From assembly GCA_002269645.1 (NCBI GenBank), contig NIVC01000236.1, forward strand, positions 124,001 to 188,000: a stretch of 64,000 bases of DNA. The letters are read 5' to 3'. A program made the position numbers and the translations under genes. Below, one piece after another: positions 13,101-24,196 of the stretch (the first letter of the stretch is position 1; each line of letters starts with the position of its first letter). Source of the DNA: Macrostomum lignano (lineage: Eukaryota). The notes under the pieces were generated by a model, which saw only the letters and a list, made by a program, of their open reading frames with translations, was not told the DNA's origin and ran no database searches.

Positions 13101-16100
13101 GCGGGCTTGTGATGGCGACCCGCTAGTGACTAAGCTAATAGCTGTCCCCCCTGTCCATCGCATTCCCCAGTACCGGGATTCCAACCCGGGCAAGCGGCTG
13201 CCGCAGATCGTGGGCCTGACCGCCAGTCCCGGCACCGGCCAAGCCTGCAAGCTCCAGGAGGCCACCGAGCACGTGCTGAAAATCTGCGCCAACCTGGACT
13301 GTCAGGAGCTCTGCACGGTGCGGCAGCATCTCCCCAGCCTGCGCACCAGCGTCTTCGACCCCAAGGACGAAATGCACTGGGCCCCCGCCAAGCCCTTCCA
13401 CGACTCCCTGCTGGGCGAGCTGGACCGCCTGATGCAGCGAGCGGAGGACCTGCTAGCCCATGAGGCCAAGCGATTCGAGTTTCTCATTCCGAGACCGCCT
13501 TCGGCTCGGGGCAGCTTCATTTACACCAACTACACTGGCATGCTGCACAAGATGCTCAAGGAGGAGACTCGGGAGCAGCCGTCCTGCATGCTGCACGCGG
13601 CCTGGAAGCACCTGCTGCGGTACAACTTTGCCCATCTCATCTGCAGCTTGTTCAGGTGCGCCGCTTGCATGTGCTGTGGGACGGTTACAGCTGGGGAGAG
13701 TCGGCGGGGAGGCTGGTAGGGTAGTGGGGAGGCTGATATGATAGGGTGGGTAGGGAGGCTAATAGGGTAGGTGAAGAGGCTAATGGGGTGGGTGAAGAGG
13801 CTAATATGGTGTGTGGGGAGGCTGATAGGGTGTGTGGGGAGCCTGATTGGATGGGTGGGGAGGCTGATACTTTGGTGGGGAGGCTGATAGGATGGGTTGG
13901 GTAGGGAGGCTGATAGGGTGGTGGGGAGGCTGATAGGGTGGTGGGGAGGCTGATAGGGTGGTGGGGAGGCTGATAGGGTGGGTGGGGAGGCTGCTAGGAT
14001 GGGTGGGGAGGCTGATAGGATGGGTGGGGAGGCTGATAGGGTGGGTGGGGAGGCTGATAGGATGGGTGGGGAGGCTGATAGGGTGGGTGGGGAGGCTGAT
14101 AGGATGGGTGGGGAGGCTGATAGGGTAGGTGGGGAGGCTGATAGGGTAGGTGGGGAGGCTGATAGGGTGGGAGGGGAGGCTGATAGGGTAGGTGGGGAGG
14201 CTGATAGGGTGGGTGGGGAGGCTGATAGGGTGGGTTGAGAGGCTGATAAATAGCGCCAATAGGTTTAATAGTGCAACAAGCCCTCTGGTTCCTTCCTATC
14301 CCGCAGGTCTGTGGACGCCCTTCGCTACCTCCGGGACGAGCTGGACCCGGAGTGTGGCCAGCCCACCTGCCGGCTGGACCGGGATCTGCGGGACGACCTT
14401 CGCAGCGCCCTGCCGAAAATGGACGCGTTCTGCCGGGAGCAGCCCGAGGCCGCAGGTTCGAGTCCCGCTCTGAAAATCTTGGCCGAAATCCTTCGCGGTC
14501 AGTTTGGCCAGAACGGGGACTCGCGGGTGATCATCTTTGTGCAGCAGCGCTGCTTCACCCGCTCCATCAAGGACTTCTTGGACAGCAGCCAGCCCGAGCT
14601 TGCCAACGCCGGGGTCAGGGCCGCCGTCATGACCGGTGCGAACGCCTGTGGCGCCGTTGGCGGCATCACGCAGAATGCGCAGACCGACACGCTGGCCGAC
14701 TTTAGGCGGGGCGTGGCTAAGGTGGGGATTTGAGGGATTGTGGGTGGGATTCGGGTGGTTGTTGGGTTATTCTAAGTATATGCTCAGGAGAGTTAGCCCA
14801 GAGCCCACCTGAATTATTATTATTATTATTACTATTATTATTATTATTATTATGAAACCCCGCAGATTCTCATCAGCACGAGCGTCAGCGAGGAGGGCCT
14901 GGACGTGCAAAAGTGCAACATGGTTGTTCGCTTCTGCCACGTCACCAACGAAATCGCCATGGTGCAGTCGAAGGGCCGCGGCCGGGCCGAGGGCAGCACG
15001 TATCACGTGATTGTGCCCGAGCAGCTGGGCTGGCTGTCCGACAAGGAGAAGACAAACAGGATGCGGGATGAGATGATGCAGGAGGCTGTGCTGCGGCTGA
15101 GCAAGATGGAGCAGCTGGAGTTCCAGGCCAAGGTGCTGCTCTGGTCTCTGTGCTCGTTTGGCTTTGTAGATATGCTTGCGTGTTGTGAGGCTGCTAGCGT
15201 CTTTGATGATTTTTATGGGTTCGAAATTTATCCTTTCTGTCTTTGATAATGTTAATGAGTCTTTGAGGATGTTAATCTGTCTTTGAGGATGTTAATCTGT
15301 CTTTTAGGATGTTAATCTGTCTTTCAGGGTGTTAATCTGTCTTTGAGGGTGTTAAACTGTCTTTGAGGGTGTTAATGTGTGTGTCTTTGAGGATGCCAAT
15401 GTGTCTTTGAGGTTGTTAATCTGTCTTTGAGGATGTCAATGTGTCTTTGAGGATGTTAATCTGTCTTTGAGGGTGTGAATCTGTCTTTGAAGATGTTAAT
15501 CTGTCTTTGAGGATGTCAATGTGCCTTTGAGGTTGTTAAGATGTCTTTGAGGATGTTAATCTGTCTTTGAAGATGTTAATCTGTCTTTAAGGATGTTAAT
15601 CTGTCTTTCAGGGTGTTAATCCGTCTTTGAGGGTGTTAATGTGTCTTTGAGGATGTCAATGTGTCTTTGAGGTTGTTAATCTGTCTTAGAAGATGTCAAT
15701 CTGTCTTTGAGGATGTTAATGTGTCTTCGAGGGTGTTAATGTGTCTTTGAGGATGTTAATCTGTCTTTGAAGATGTTAATATGTCTTTGAGGATGTTAAT
15801 CTGTCTTTAAAGATGTTAATCTGTCTTTGAGGGTGTTAATCTGTCTTTGAGGGTGTTAATCTATCTTTGATGATGTTAGTGTGTCTTAGTATGTTAATGT
15901 GTCTTTGAGCACGTTACTCTGTCTTTGAGGATGTTCATGTCTTTAAGGATGTTACTGTGTCTATTTTGAATTTTGTATTGTGAGAGGCTGGTGTGTCTTT
16001 AGGCGCCTCAATGTGTCCCAATGTGTGCTAGCGTGTATGCGCCTTTAGAAACGCTGATTTCAGCTCTTGCGTCTTGACTCCCTCAGGTGCAGAAACTGCA

Positions 16101-16626
16101 GTCCGACCAGGCCTGCCTGCGCAAGATTCAGCAGATCCAGAAGGCTGCCGCTTCCGCGAGGGGTGCTGCTGCGCCTCGGGGTTCAACGCCGCGGCCCCAC
16201 TACAACCTGCAGTGCGTCGGCTGCAACACCCTCGCTTGCACTTCGCTGGACCTCCGCATGGCCGACAAGCATTTCGTGGTGCTGCGCGACTCCCTGCTGA
16301 CCGACGGCCGCGCTCGTCTGCAGCCAAGGCCGGGCGGCCCCGCCGAAGACCTGCTGAATTCGCAGATGGTCTGCGCCAAGTGCCAGAAGCTGTGGGGCGG
16401 CCTGCGCAAGTTCAAGGACCTGGTGTTCCCCTGGCTGAAGGTGGAGCCGTTCAAGTTCGTCAACTCCTCCACTGGGGTGTCTGCCTTCGGAGTGAAGAAG
16501 TGGGCGGACACGAGCAAGTACTTCGGCACGCCCGAGCTTAGCAACAAGGAAATGCTCGACAAGGCGGAGAGCCTGCCTGAGGAGCTGTACATGCAGCTGC
16601 TGGCCGGCTCAGCGCCCGAGGAGTAG
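7163..16626 (+). CDS. RIG-I-like receptor (DDX58/IFIH1 family DExD/H helicase), about 1055 aa, with CARD-like N-terminus and Zn-binding C-terminal domain
   Basis: Phase-consistent GT-AG exons 7163-7301, 8380-8541, 9636-9857, 10494-10685, 11400-11830, 12264-12578, 13171-13655, 14307-14721, 14866-15132, 16087-16626 (3168 nt, divisible by 3). Motifs: Q motif RAYQLE, Walker A APTGSGKT, DECHH, GLTASPG, IIFVQQR, STSVSEEGLDV, MVQSKGRGRA. CTD carries CVGC...CAKC. The exon 4 acceptor could alternatively lie at 10547. Confidence 0.92.
7331..8330. repeat. 39-bp minisatellite (37-bp variants) in RLR intron 1
   Basis: Tandem ggtagcagcagctctctgaatcactgtggcattggggag. Confidence 0.95.
8660..9610. repeat. 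33-bp minisatellite in RLR intron 2
   Basis: Tandem ggacatacaaagacggattggtgagatacggta with variants. Confidence 0.95.
9910..10340. repeat. Degenerate pyrimidine-rich repeat of about 14 bp in RLR intron 3
   Basis: Recurring cccatctctccgat/aat units. Confidence 0.8.
10745..10940. repeat. 30-bp minisatellite in RLR intron 4
   Basis: Tandem tacatgctttaggtaatgtttgggttagaa. Confidence 0.85.
13715..14247. repeat. 21-bp G-rich minisatellite in RLR intron 7
   Basis: Tandem gggaggctgatagggtgggtg. Confidence 0.95.
15245..15960. repeat. 20-bp minisatellite in RLR intron 9
   Basis: Tandem ctgtctttgaggatgttaat with variants. Confidence 0.95.
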
Positions 16627-17354
16627 GCAGAGATGGGGAATCCCCCTGCCAGTTGCCAACTGTCGGATATGTTCGTTGTTACAGATTTACAATAGGCACC
16701 TGTGCCAGTACTGTTGATTATCGATTGATATTGAAGCTGATTCATTTTAGGAACTGATCTGCAATCTGTGCGGATCCTTACTGATTATTGCCTTATGCTA
16801 AATATATATTTATTTTGAGTTTTGCCCAATGAATGCTTTGGCCCCGAAACCTGGTGAGCTGTGATCATTTTATCAGCGTGTAACAATTCCGTTATTGAGC
16901 TAAGGAGTTGTACTACTATAGTACTACTATAACAAATATACTCTGCCGTTTAATTAGAAAACTAACTCCATAGACTGTTTGACTGCATTTTTAAGTCCTT
17001 TGTGTCTGGCCTCTTGATAACATGATTTACGTCAACCTGAAATTGTGCGAGCAAAGTCTCCGGCTGCTTTGATCTTGCCGTAAATAGTTAGGCCTTAAAG
17101 TGCATCTGCGAATCATCTTAAGCGTAAAAATCGTGTTTGAATCAATCGATCGGCTTCTCATTCGCTTTTGAGCCAGAAATTTGATAAGTCTAAGCAGGCT
17201 GGGAACCGATCTCAGTTCGTGGTTGGTGAAGTTAGCTGAAAATATAAAAATCAATCAGTAAGCCGAATGAGTATACTGTGTCATAAAGCATATCACCGCC
17301 TTGCAGTTGCATGCGCTGCAATTTTTTGGGGCACCGATTTTTGGCTTTTGGTGG

Positions 17355-18063
17355 GCGCCCCTGTCTCTAGGTGAGCGCTCCTGTCTCTAGACGAGCGCTC
17401 CTGTCTATAGGTGTAGTATCCTTGTCTCTAGATGAGCGCTTCTGTCTATAGGTGTAGTATCCTTGTCTCTAGATGAGCGCTTCTGTCTATAGGTGAAGTG
17501 CCCTTGTCTCTAGATGAGCGCTTCTGTCTATAGGTGAAGTGTCCTTGTCTCTAGATGAGCGCTTCTGTCTATAGGTGAAGTGCCCTTGTCTCTAGATGAG
17601 CGCTTCTGTCTATAGGTGAAGTGCCCTTGTCTCTAGATGAGCGCTTCTGTCTATAGGTGAAGTGCCCTTGTCTCTAGATGAGCGCTTCTGTCTATAGGTG
17701 AAGTGCCCTTGTCTCTAGACGAGCGCTCCTGTCTATAGGTGTAGTATCCTTGTCTCTAGATGAGCGCTTCTGTCTATAGGTGAAGTGCCCTTGTCTCTAG
17801 ATGAGCGCTTCTGTCTATAAGTGAAGTGCCCTTGTCTCTAGACGAGCGCTCCTGTCTATAGGTGTAGTGCCCTTGTCTCTAGATGAGCTCTCCTGTCTAT
17901 AGATGAGCGCTCCTGTCTCTAGATGAGCGCTCCTGTCTCTAGATGAGCGCTCCTGTCTCTAGATGAGCTCTCCTGTCTCTAGATGAGCGCTCCTGTCTCT
18001 AGATGAGCGCTCCTGTCTCTAGATGAGCGCTCCTGTCTCTAGATGAGCGCTCCTGTTTCTAGA
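17355..18063. repeat. 41-bp (20+21) dimeric minisatellite grading into a 20-bp monomer
   Basis: ctagatgagcgcttctgtctataggtgaagtgcccttgtct repeats, then agatgagcgctcctgtctct from about 17880. Confidence 0.9.
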
Positions 18064-18229
18064 TCTCTACATGTAGGTCTCTAGGTGACTTTGTTTTTGG
18101 AGGAGCACAGCGTTTATGGGGGGGCGATTCAAGGGGTTCGGCCCCCATCTGCGTACGGTTTACACTGCTGACATGCATGTAAACTTGCTAAAAAGTGGCA
18201 AAAGTGCGCATTAGGGTGTTGAGCTGAGC

Positions 18230-18870
18230 GCAAATGAAGGGACAAGTCGCAGCTCTTCTTAGGCTTCTCTCCATGCCACTGGTACATAGCCCAGTTCCAC
18301 GCAAGCTCGGTTAAGACGACAGAGGTGGTTTTTCGTTCAAGAACGCTGGGTAGATACCGTCAGGCCCAGGCGCCTTGAACGGGTTTTAAAGGACCTTGCC
18401 GTTCTAGGAATGCGGTCTTTGGTGATGATAGACTTCGCTAGGTCATTGCCCTCCCATGGTGTGGTCAGCTGGCGAGCCCTTCTGGGTCTGGGATAGGGAA
18501 GAAACTGCTGAGCTCTAGGGTCTCTTTTATAGCTCTCCGTGACCGAGCCATCAGGTATCTTCACCACACAGAGCTTAAAGAAACGGTCGTTCGTGAGTGC
18601 CTTTTATCATGGCGCGAGAGCCCTCAAGCCCTTTGGCGTCTCTTGGCTGTCTTGGCCCTTCTAACTTAGCCCTTATTAAACTCGTGGGGCGCACAAGTTT
18701 GAGCTTCTCTGTCGGACGGGTCTGCGGTTTTGAGCGCTCGGCCCTTTGAAGGGCCCTGGCCGGCCCCGAGCTCCGAGTTCTTCCAGATAGGGACTTTCAG
18801 TGGGCTCAGGGCCCTCTCCACCTCCGTTGGTCCCTGACACCTGTTGGGTTTCGGCCCACCACCCACCAAA
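18230..18870 (-). mobile_element. Degenerate non-LTR retrotransposon (LINE) ORF2 fragment
   Basis: Minus-strand frames give VPIWKNSEL, KIPDGSVTES, IITKDRIPRTARSF/KPFKAPGPDGIYPAFL (about 18385-18345) and RACVELGYVPVAWREA*. This is the classic pre-RT KAPGPDG / GYxPxxW segment, with frameshifts. Confidence 0.8.
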
Positions 18871-19177
18871 GCTGCACATCGCTGACAACTAATTAGGAGC
18901 CCTAAGAGCTATGAGCATCCGTCTCGAACTGGCTACAGTTCAACCAAAGTAATTAACACTAACTGTGAGAATCCGGCTGGAAACCTTTTAAATATTTGTT
19001 TTATTGTATATTTTAGTTAACACAAGATTAGTGTAGCCATGAGACAGCAGGTGGCAAAGCAGTGTTGAAAAAATAAACTGTTGCTTGTTGCATCTGTCAT
19101 ACTGAATGAAGCCTGCAGTTCGTTAGTAGCTAATTGGACTGGACATCCGGTTCAGCAGTGCCCCACCCTTCTGCACC

Positions 19178-20145
19178 CTACTTCCGCCGTCTGTGCGACA
19201 GCACGCCCGCTCCGACGCGGCGGCAGTGGGCGGTGAACTCCTCCGGGGTGATGAACATCGGTGGGCAGGCGGCCCGGGTGCAGGCGGCGCTGCGGTCCGG
19301 CAGGCAGAAGCAGCGGTTGCAGCCGTCAAAGAAGGCCAGTTCGGCGGTGCGCCGGCCCCTGCACAGGCTGTCGGCGTCCAGGCAGGTCGTGTAGAAGCGC
19401 GACCGGTCCTTCTTCTCCTGGAAGCGGCGCTGCGCCTCCCGGCAGTAGAGAGCGGCGGCCTCGTTGTCGGGCTCCGGCTGCGGGCACTCGCGGCTGTCGG
19501 CCACGCGGGCCAGGCCGTCCGACACGCAGGTGACGTTCCGACAGCCGTCGTTGTACTGGAAGCCCGGCAGGAACTCCTCGCAGATGCGGCTGTGCCGCAG
19601 CGCCGGGCACTCGAACTCGTCCTCCTCGAGCGCGCCGGCTCGCGGCTCCTCCGACTGCTGCTTTCCGAGCCCTCCGACTCCAACGCCAATGCCACGAAGC
19701 GGCAGTACGGGCCGGTCGGGTCGGTCACCGGGCATTCCATGCGGGTCCTGGCGTGGCCGCCGGCCGCCAGACAGCGGACCCGGTTGCAGCCGTCGCTGAA
19801 GGCGAAGCCGGCGCCGCGGCGGGTACAGACGGAGTCGGCATCGATGTTGTAGCAAGTGAAGGGGCCGAGGCGGCTCCAGACGGCGCGGGAGAGGCTCTCG
19901 CAGAGGTTCCGCTCGCCCCGGCTGCTGGGCTCCGGGCAGGCCAGGAGGGTGGTGCTCGCCAGACCGCCCTCGTTGCAGGTGACGGTGTTGCAGCCATCGT
20001 TGTAGCTGAAGACGGACTCCGCGGCGTTGCAGACGAGTCCGGGATCGAGGTCCGGACAGCGCAGGGCTGGCTCATCCTGCTCAGCCTGACTGCTCGAAAC
20101 GGCAGTGCACAGCAGGCCCACCGTGATGAGGAAGAGAAGCTGCAT
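19178..20145 (-). CDS. Secreted Cys-rich protein with 4 pacifastin-like modules (paralog 1); one-base frameshift near 19662-19664
   Basis: Signal peptide MQLLFLITVGLLCTAVSSS. Modules CNTVTC..TTLLACP and CNRVRC..RTRMECP lie in one frame; CRNVTC..ADSRECP and the canonical DGCNRCFC..ACTRAACP lie in the -1 frame, ending at the stop at 19178. No intron is evident. Confidence 0.8.
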
Positions 20146-21282
20146 AGTTTTCGTTTATCCCAGTAGTCTCTTAGAAAAGCTGAATTGATATTTTGCAGAG
20201 GAAAAAGCATCAGCTTTTCAAGTCTTTTATGCCAACGAAGCGGACCGTTCGAAGAGTAAAATGGCAGTTTGAACTTCCGTTTTCTGACATTTAGCATTTC
20301 AAAGCTGATTGCTGATAATTGCCGACATAATTGGCAGTGCGAACCGGTTGCTGGGCGAACCTTTCTACCCTTTCAAGCCCCGCCAGCTCAGGCTGAACTG
20401 GCACTGACGGGGCTCCTGACTCATCAATTCTCCAGTTTTGGTGGTCAGCTGCCGCTGCATTGGCCAGATCCGCAGACTGACCGATGGCCGCGCAGCTCAC
20501 AAATGCCCAGCCCAGTGAGAAAGCGCCAACTCGGGCAACAGGCCCAGTTTCGTGTTGACTGTGCGAAATGTTTTATTCTATTTCATTCAGCGCAAATAAA
20601 GCGGTTGATGCCGAGGTCAAAACGATTGCGGCCAGGCCCTGGCTTAGCGACAAACGCGGTTGGTCCCTTTGTCAGCCCCGCCCCCGGTCTGCCCAGCTCT
20701 GCAATCAAGCGCTGGGCCAGAGCCCGGACCGCAAGGAAATACTGAGCTACAAGTCCTGGCCTAAAAACGCGATGGGATGACGTGTCGCATGTACACAGGG
20801 ATAGCGGCATTGGGAATAATCAACAAATTGGAAAATAAGATTACGTATTGATCAAGTCTACACCAGCATTATCGAGGTTCTATCGGTAATGAAATCGGGG
20901 TTAATGAGAGGGAAAGAGATGCATCAACAGAGATCGGAGGCCGCATGCAGAATGTATAAAGCGAGTACTAGCAAAGTAAGTAACGCGGAGTTTTTAAGAA
21001 ATGACGCCCCCCGCAGCGCTTGCACGAGAAAAGTTTACAAGTTTTACTTCTACAGCCCATCACAAGGTCAGCGAGACGCTTCCAGCCACCGGCCAACCCC
21101 CCAAAAATCATTGTCATTTGCCAAGCCGCGAGCGCAACTGAAACCTTTCCCAGTCACCCGTGAAAATTCTAAAAACAACAGCAAATCTTTGTGGAAACGC
21201 CTCGAGTCTCGTATAACATTGATGTGCGGCTTCGCTGATGGTTGGTCAAGGCACAGGTACGTGAACGAAATCGGCAGGGTCT

Positions 21283-22410
21283 CTAGTTGATGATGCCGGC
21301 CTTGCGCCGCACGCACTCTGCCCTGAACTCCTCCTCAGTGCTGAAGTAGGGCTGACAAGCCCGCCGGGTGCAGCCTGCCCGATTGACGCCCATGCAGAAG
21401 CAATAGTTGCAGCCGTCGAAGAACGATTTCCGCTCCCCGGGCTGCTTGCAGACGTCCGCAGCCGTCAGGCAGCTCGTGCGCCGCTTTGACTCGCGGCGCT
21501 TCGCCTCCATGGCCGTCTTGGCGTCGCTGCACCTGCGGGCGGCCTCCGCCTCGCTGCCCACCCGACAGAGGCGGGTGGTGCTGACACCACGGCCCGGCGA
21601 GGAGCAGTGCACTTCGTTGCATCCGTCGTTGTAGCGAAAGCCGTTCATCTCATTCGTGCAGATTCGCGACATGGCCAGCTCCGGACAGTCGAGGTCCTGG
21701 TTGCCCTCAGGAGCAGTTCGGCGGGCTTTGCTGACCACCCACTGGCAGAGGGCGCTCTCGGAACTGGCTGGCGGGCAGCCCATGAGCGTGCTGGTCCACA
21801 TGCCGCTCTCTCCGCACTCGATCGTGTTGCAGCCGTCGCTGAATCGGTACCCGATGCCCTCCATCCGGCAGACCTCCGTCTTGTTGATCCCCGAGCAGGT
21901 CCGCGGCTCCATCCGTTCGACCAGGCGCTCCATGCGCCGCTCGCACCTGGCGATCTGGGTAGGGTCTCCCGGCGACGGGCAGAACATCAACGTGGACGTG
22001 CCGCTGCCGTTGCCGTCGCAGACCACCGGGTTGCAGCCGTCGCTGTAAGTGAAGCCGGCACCGGCGGTGGCGCAGACGGCCTGCATGGACAGCGCCGGGC
22101 AGGTCACCCTGTCCGCATCGTCCAGTCGCAGCTGTATGTTCTCACGGATCGTCTGGCAGCGCTGTCGCTCCTCGGCTGTGGCGGCCGGCGGGCAGGCCAT
22201 CAGCGTGGAGACCAGCGAGCCGCTACCGTCGCAGGTCACCGTGTTGCAGCCGTCATTGAAGCTGAAATCGGCTGGCGCGAGCTTGCAGATCGACTGCTGC
22301 CAGCTGTAGCCGCAGCCGATGCCGTCGGACGAGTCTTCCTGGGATTTGGCGATCAGCGGAGCCGCTGTGGCCAAGAATAGGGCAATGAGCAGTCGGCAGG
22401 GATGCTGCAT
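21283..22410 (-). CDS. Secreted Cys-rich protein with 5 pacifastin-like modules (paralog 2), 375 aa, single exon
   Basis: Intact ORF with signal peptide MQHPCRLLIALFLATAAPLIAKS. Four DGCNx(V/I)xC..STxxxC modules precede a canonical DGCNYCFC..GCTRRAC module. Confidence 0.88.
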   Translation of the reverse strand: MQHPCRLLIALFLATAAPLIAKSQEDSSDGIGCGYSWQQSICKLAPADFSFNDGCNTVTCDGSGSLVSTLMACPPAATAEERQRCQTIRENIQLRLDDADRVTCPALSMQAVCATAGAGFTYSDGCNPVVCDGNGSGTSTLMFCPSPGDPTQIARCERRMERLVERMEPRTCSGINKTEVCRMEGIGYRFSDGCNTIECGESGMWTSTLMGCPPASSESALCQWVVSKARRTAPEGNQDLDCPELAMSRICTNEMNGFRYNDGCNEVHCSSPGRGVSTTRLCRVGSEAEAARRCSDAKTAMEAKRRESKRRTSCLTAADVCKQPGERKSFFDGCNYCFCMGVNRAGCTRRACQPYFSTEEEFRAECVRRKAGIIN

Positions 22411-23844
22411 GGCTCGCTTGGGTGCTTAGAGTTCTGCTCTTTGTGCGGATTGACAACACAGGCAGAGTTGAGTTTGCTCGGCTTGCTTGCTGCAAAACTC
22501 CTCGAGTCCTGGCCTAACTCGCCGTATCTGTACCGATTTATCTCTGGCTGCGGCTCGAGGAGGGCACGGAAAGGTGGCTCCGCGGCTCTGTGGGCTGGGG
22601 GCTCCAGTTGGAGGACGGATTGGATGGGGAGGCCCCGCTGATAAGATAAACAGCCAAGCTTAGGCCGCACGCCAAGGCTCTTAATAAGTTAATGGTGACC
22701 CGCCCTCCCCGTGCCCCGCTGCCTCCCCTGGCCTGCGTCACCCCAGCGCAAGCTGCACCGAGCAAGTCCAAGTTTTATGGCGACACCGTGCCAGCATTTT
22801 CCGCATAATCTGAGAGCCCCCCCTCCCCTGTTTATTGTGTTTACAGGCAGTGAGAGTTGCTTTATCAACTGACTGTAGCAATTTCGATTTCTCGCTACAG
22901 TTTCGGATCGACCTGGCAGCGCCCGCCCGATCTGACCACGTGCGCACTCCGGGGCACTCGGAGCCTCACATGACAGCTTGGCTCTCCCACCCACCGTTGC
23001 TAATGGCAACCATTGAAAAAAGTGGCCCACCAACCCCAACAGGCCGTGAGATTTTATTGCTAAGTCGAAATTTTACCTGAAGAGCATTATGTTGCGTAAT
23101 TAAATACGAACTGGCAAAAACTTATCAGCTGCTTGCTGCTGTTGTTGCTGCCCAACAGTTGTTGTTCGACACATGTCAGTCAACGGAGTGGAGTGCGTAG
23201 ATAGTGAGAGAAAAAAAGGGGGGAGGTCACGACGTATTGAGTTAGTAAAATTAATTGAACGAATATTTGCCTTTTATGTATGAATTTAGAATTTGGTTGA
23301 ATGAGTGATGTACATACATGAACCTGTTCTATCTTGTCCCGGAGACCAGTCAGTATAATTAGTGTATTAAAAAAAGTGCTCTCTCCGAAGTCGGGAGCAT
23401 AAAAGTCGGGTCCACGAGAATTCCCCGCAGACGAATTACCCGCCAAGCTTTCCCCGCCGAGGTTTGCCCGCAGTGCTTTCTTCCTGCAGCGCATTTCTGC
23501 CACGCAAATTTTGTCTGCATTGCCTCCGGCCCAATGCTTGGTGAGTCAATAAAGAGATTTACTCGATCAAATGTTTCGATAGTAACTGAATAGCAAATGC
23601 TTATTCTTCTTGTAGGTTTTCATTGCTATATTCATGTAGGAGTACATCGGTGAGCTACTAATTCATGCATATGCCAGGCTGCTTTGTCCTAGAAATCTCT
23701 TTAAAAGATGTACCAAGCATTGCAAAATCTGCCACATGGCTGGATTCGCTGCAGCAAAAAAGCAATCCAGGACGAACCTCGGCGGGCAAAAGCTCAGCGG
23801 GAAATTTTCAAGCTTCCATAAAAGTTGATATTTGCAAGTGCGAT

Positions 23845-24196
23845 TGAGAATCAATGGGGAGAATCAATGGGGAGAATCAATGGGGAGAATCAATGGGGAG
23901 AATCAATGGGGAGAATCAATGGGAAGAATCAATGGGAAGAATCAATGGGGAGAATCAATGGGGAGAATCAATGGGGAGAATCAATGGGGAGAATCAATGG
24001 GGAGAATCAATGGGGAGAATCAATGGGGAGAATCAATGGGGAGAATCAATGGGAAGAATCAATGGGGAGAATCAATGGGGAGAATCAATGGGGAGAATCA
24101 ATGGGGAGAATCAATGGGGATAATCAATGGGGAGAATCAATGGGGAGAATCAATGGGGAGAATCAATGGGGAGAATCAATGGGGAGAATCAATGGG
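23845..24196. repeat. 13-bp minisatellite (ggggagaatcaat)
   Basis: Direct tandem copies with a 13-bp period. Confidence 0.95.

Noticed and set aside
19655-19700. Programmed -1 ribosomal frameshift or 35-nt micro-intron in paralog 1
   Set aside because: There is no X XXY YYZ slippery heptamer. The possible intron lacks a pyrimidine tract and would remove residues that align with paralog 2. A one-base error is simpler.
21607-22380. Long antisense ORFs opposite GC-rich genes (also 19193-19852, 30322-30786, 54127-54837 and 63035-63565)
   Set aside because: These are expected shadows of high-GC3 coding sequence and have no recognisable motifs.
23437-23803. Short imperfect inverted repeat (cccgccaagctttccccgccgagg-like) as a MITE
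   Set aside because: Only about 30 bp at roughly 75% identity, with undefined termini and no TSD.
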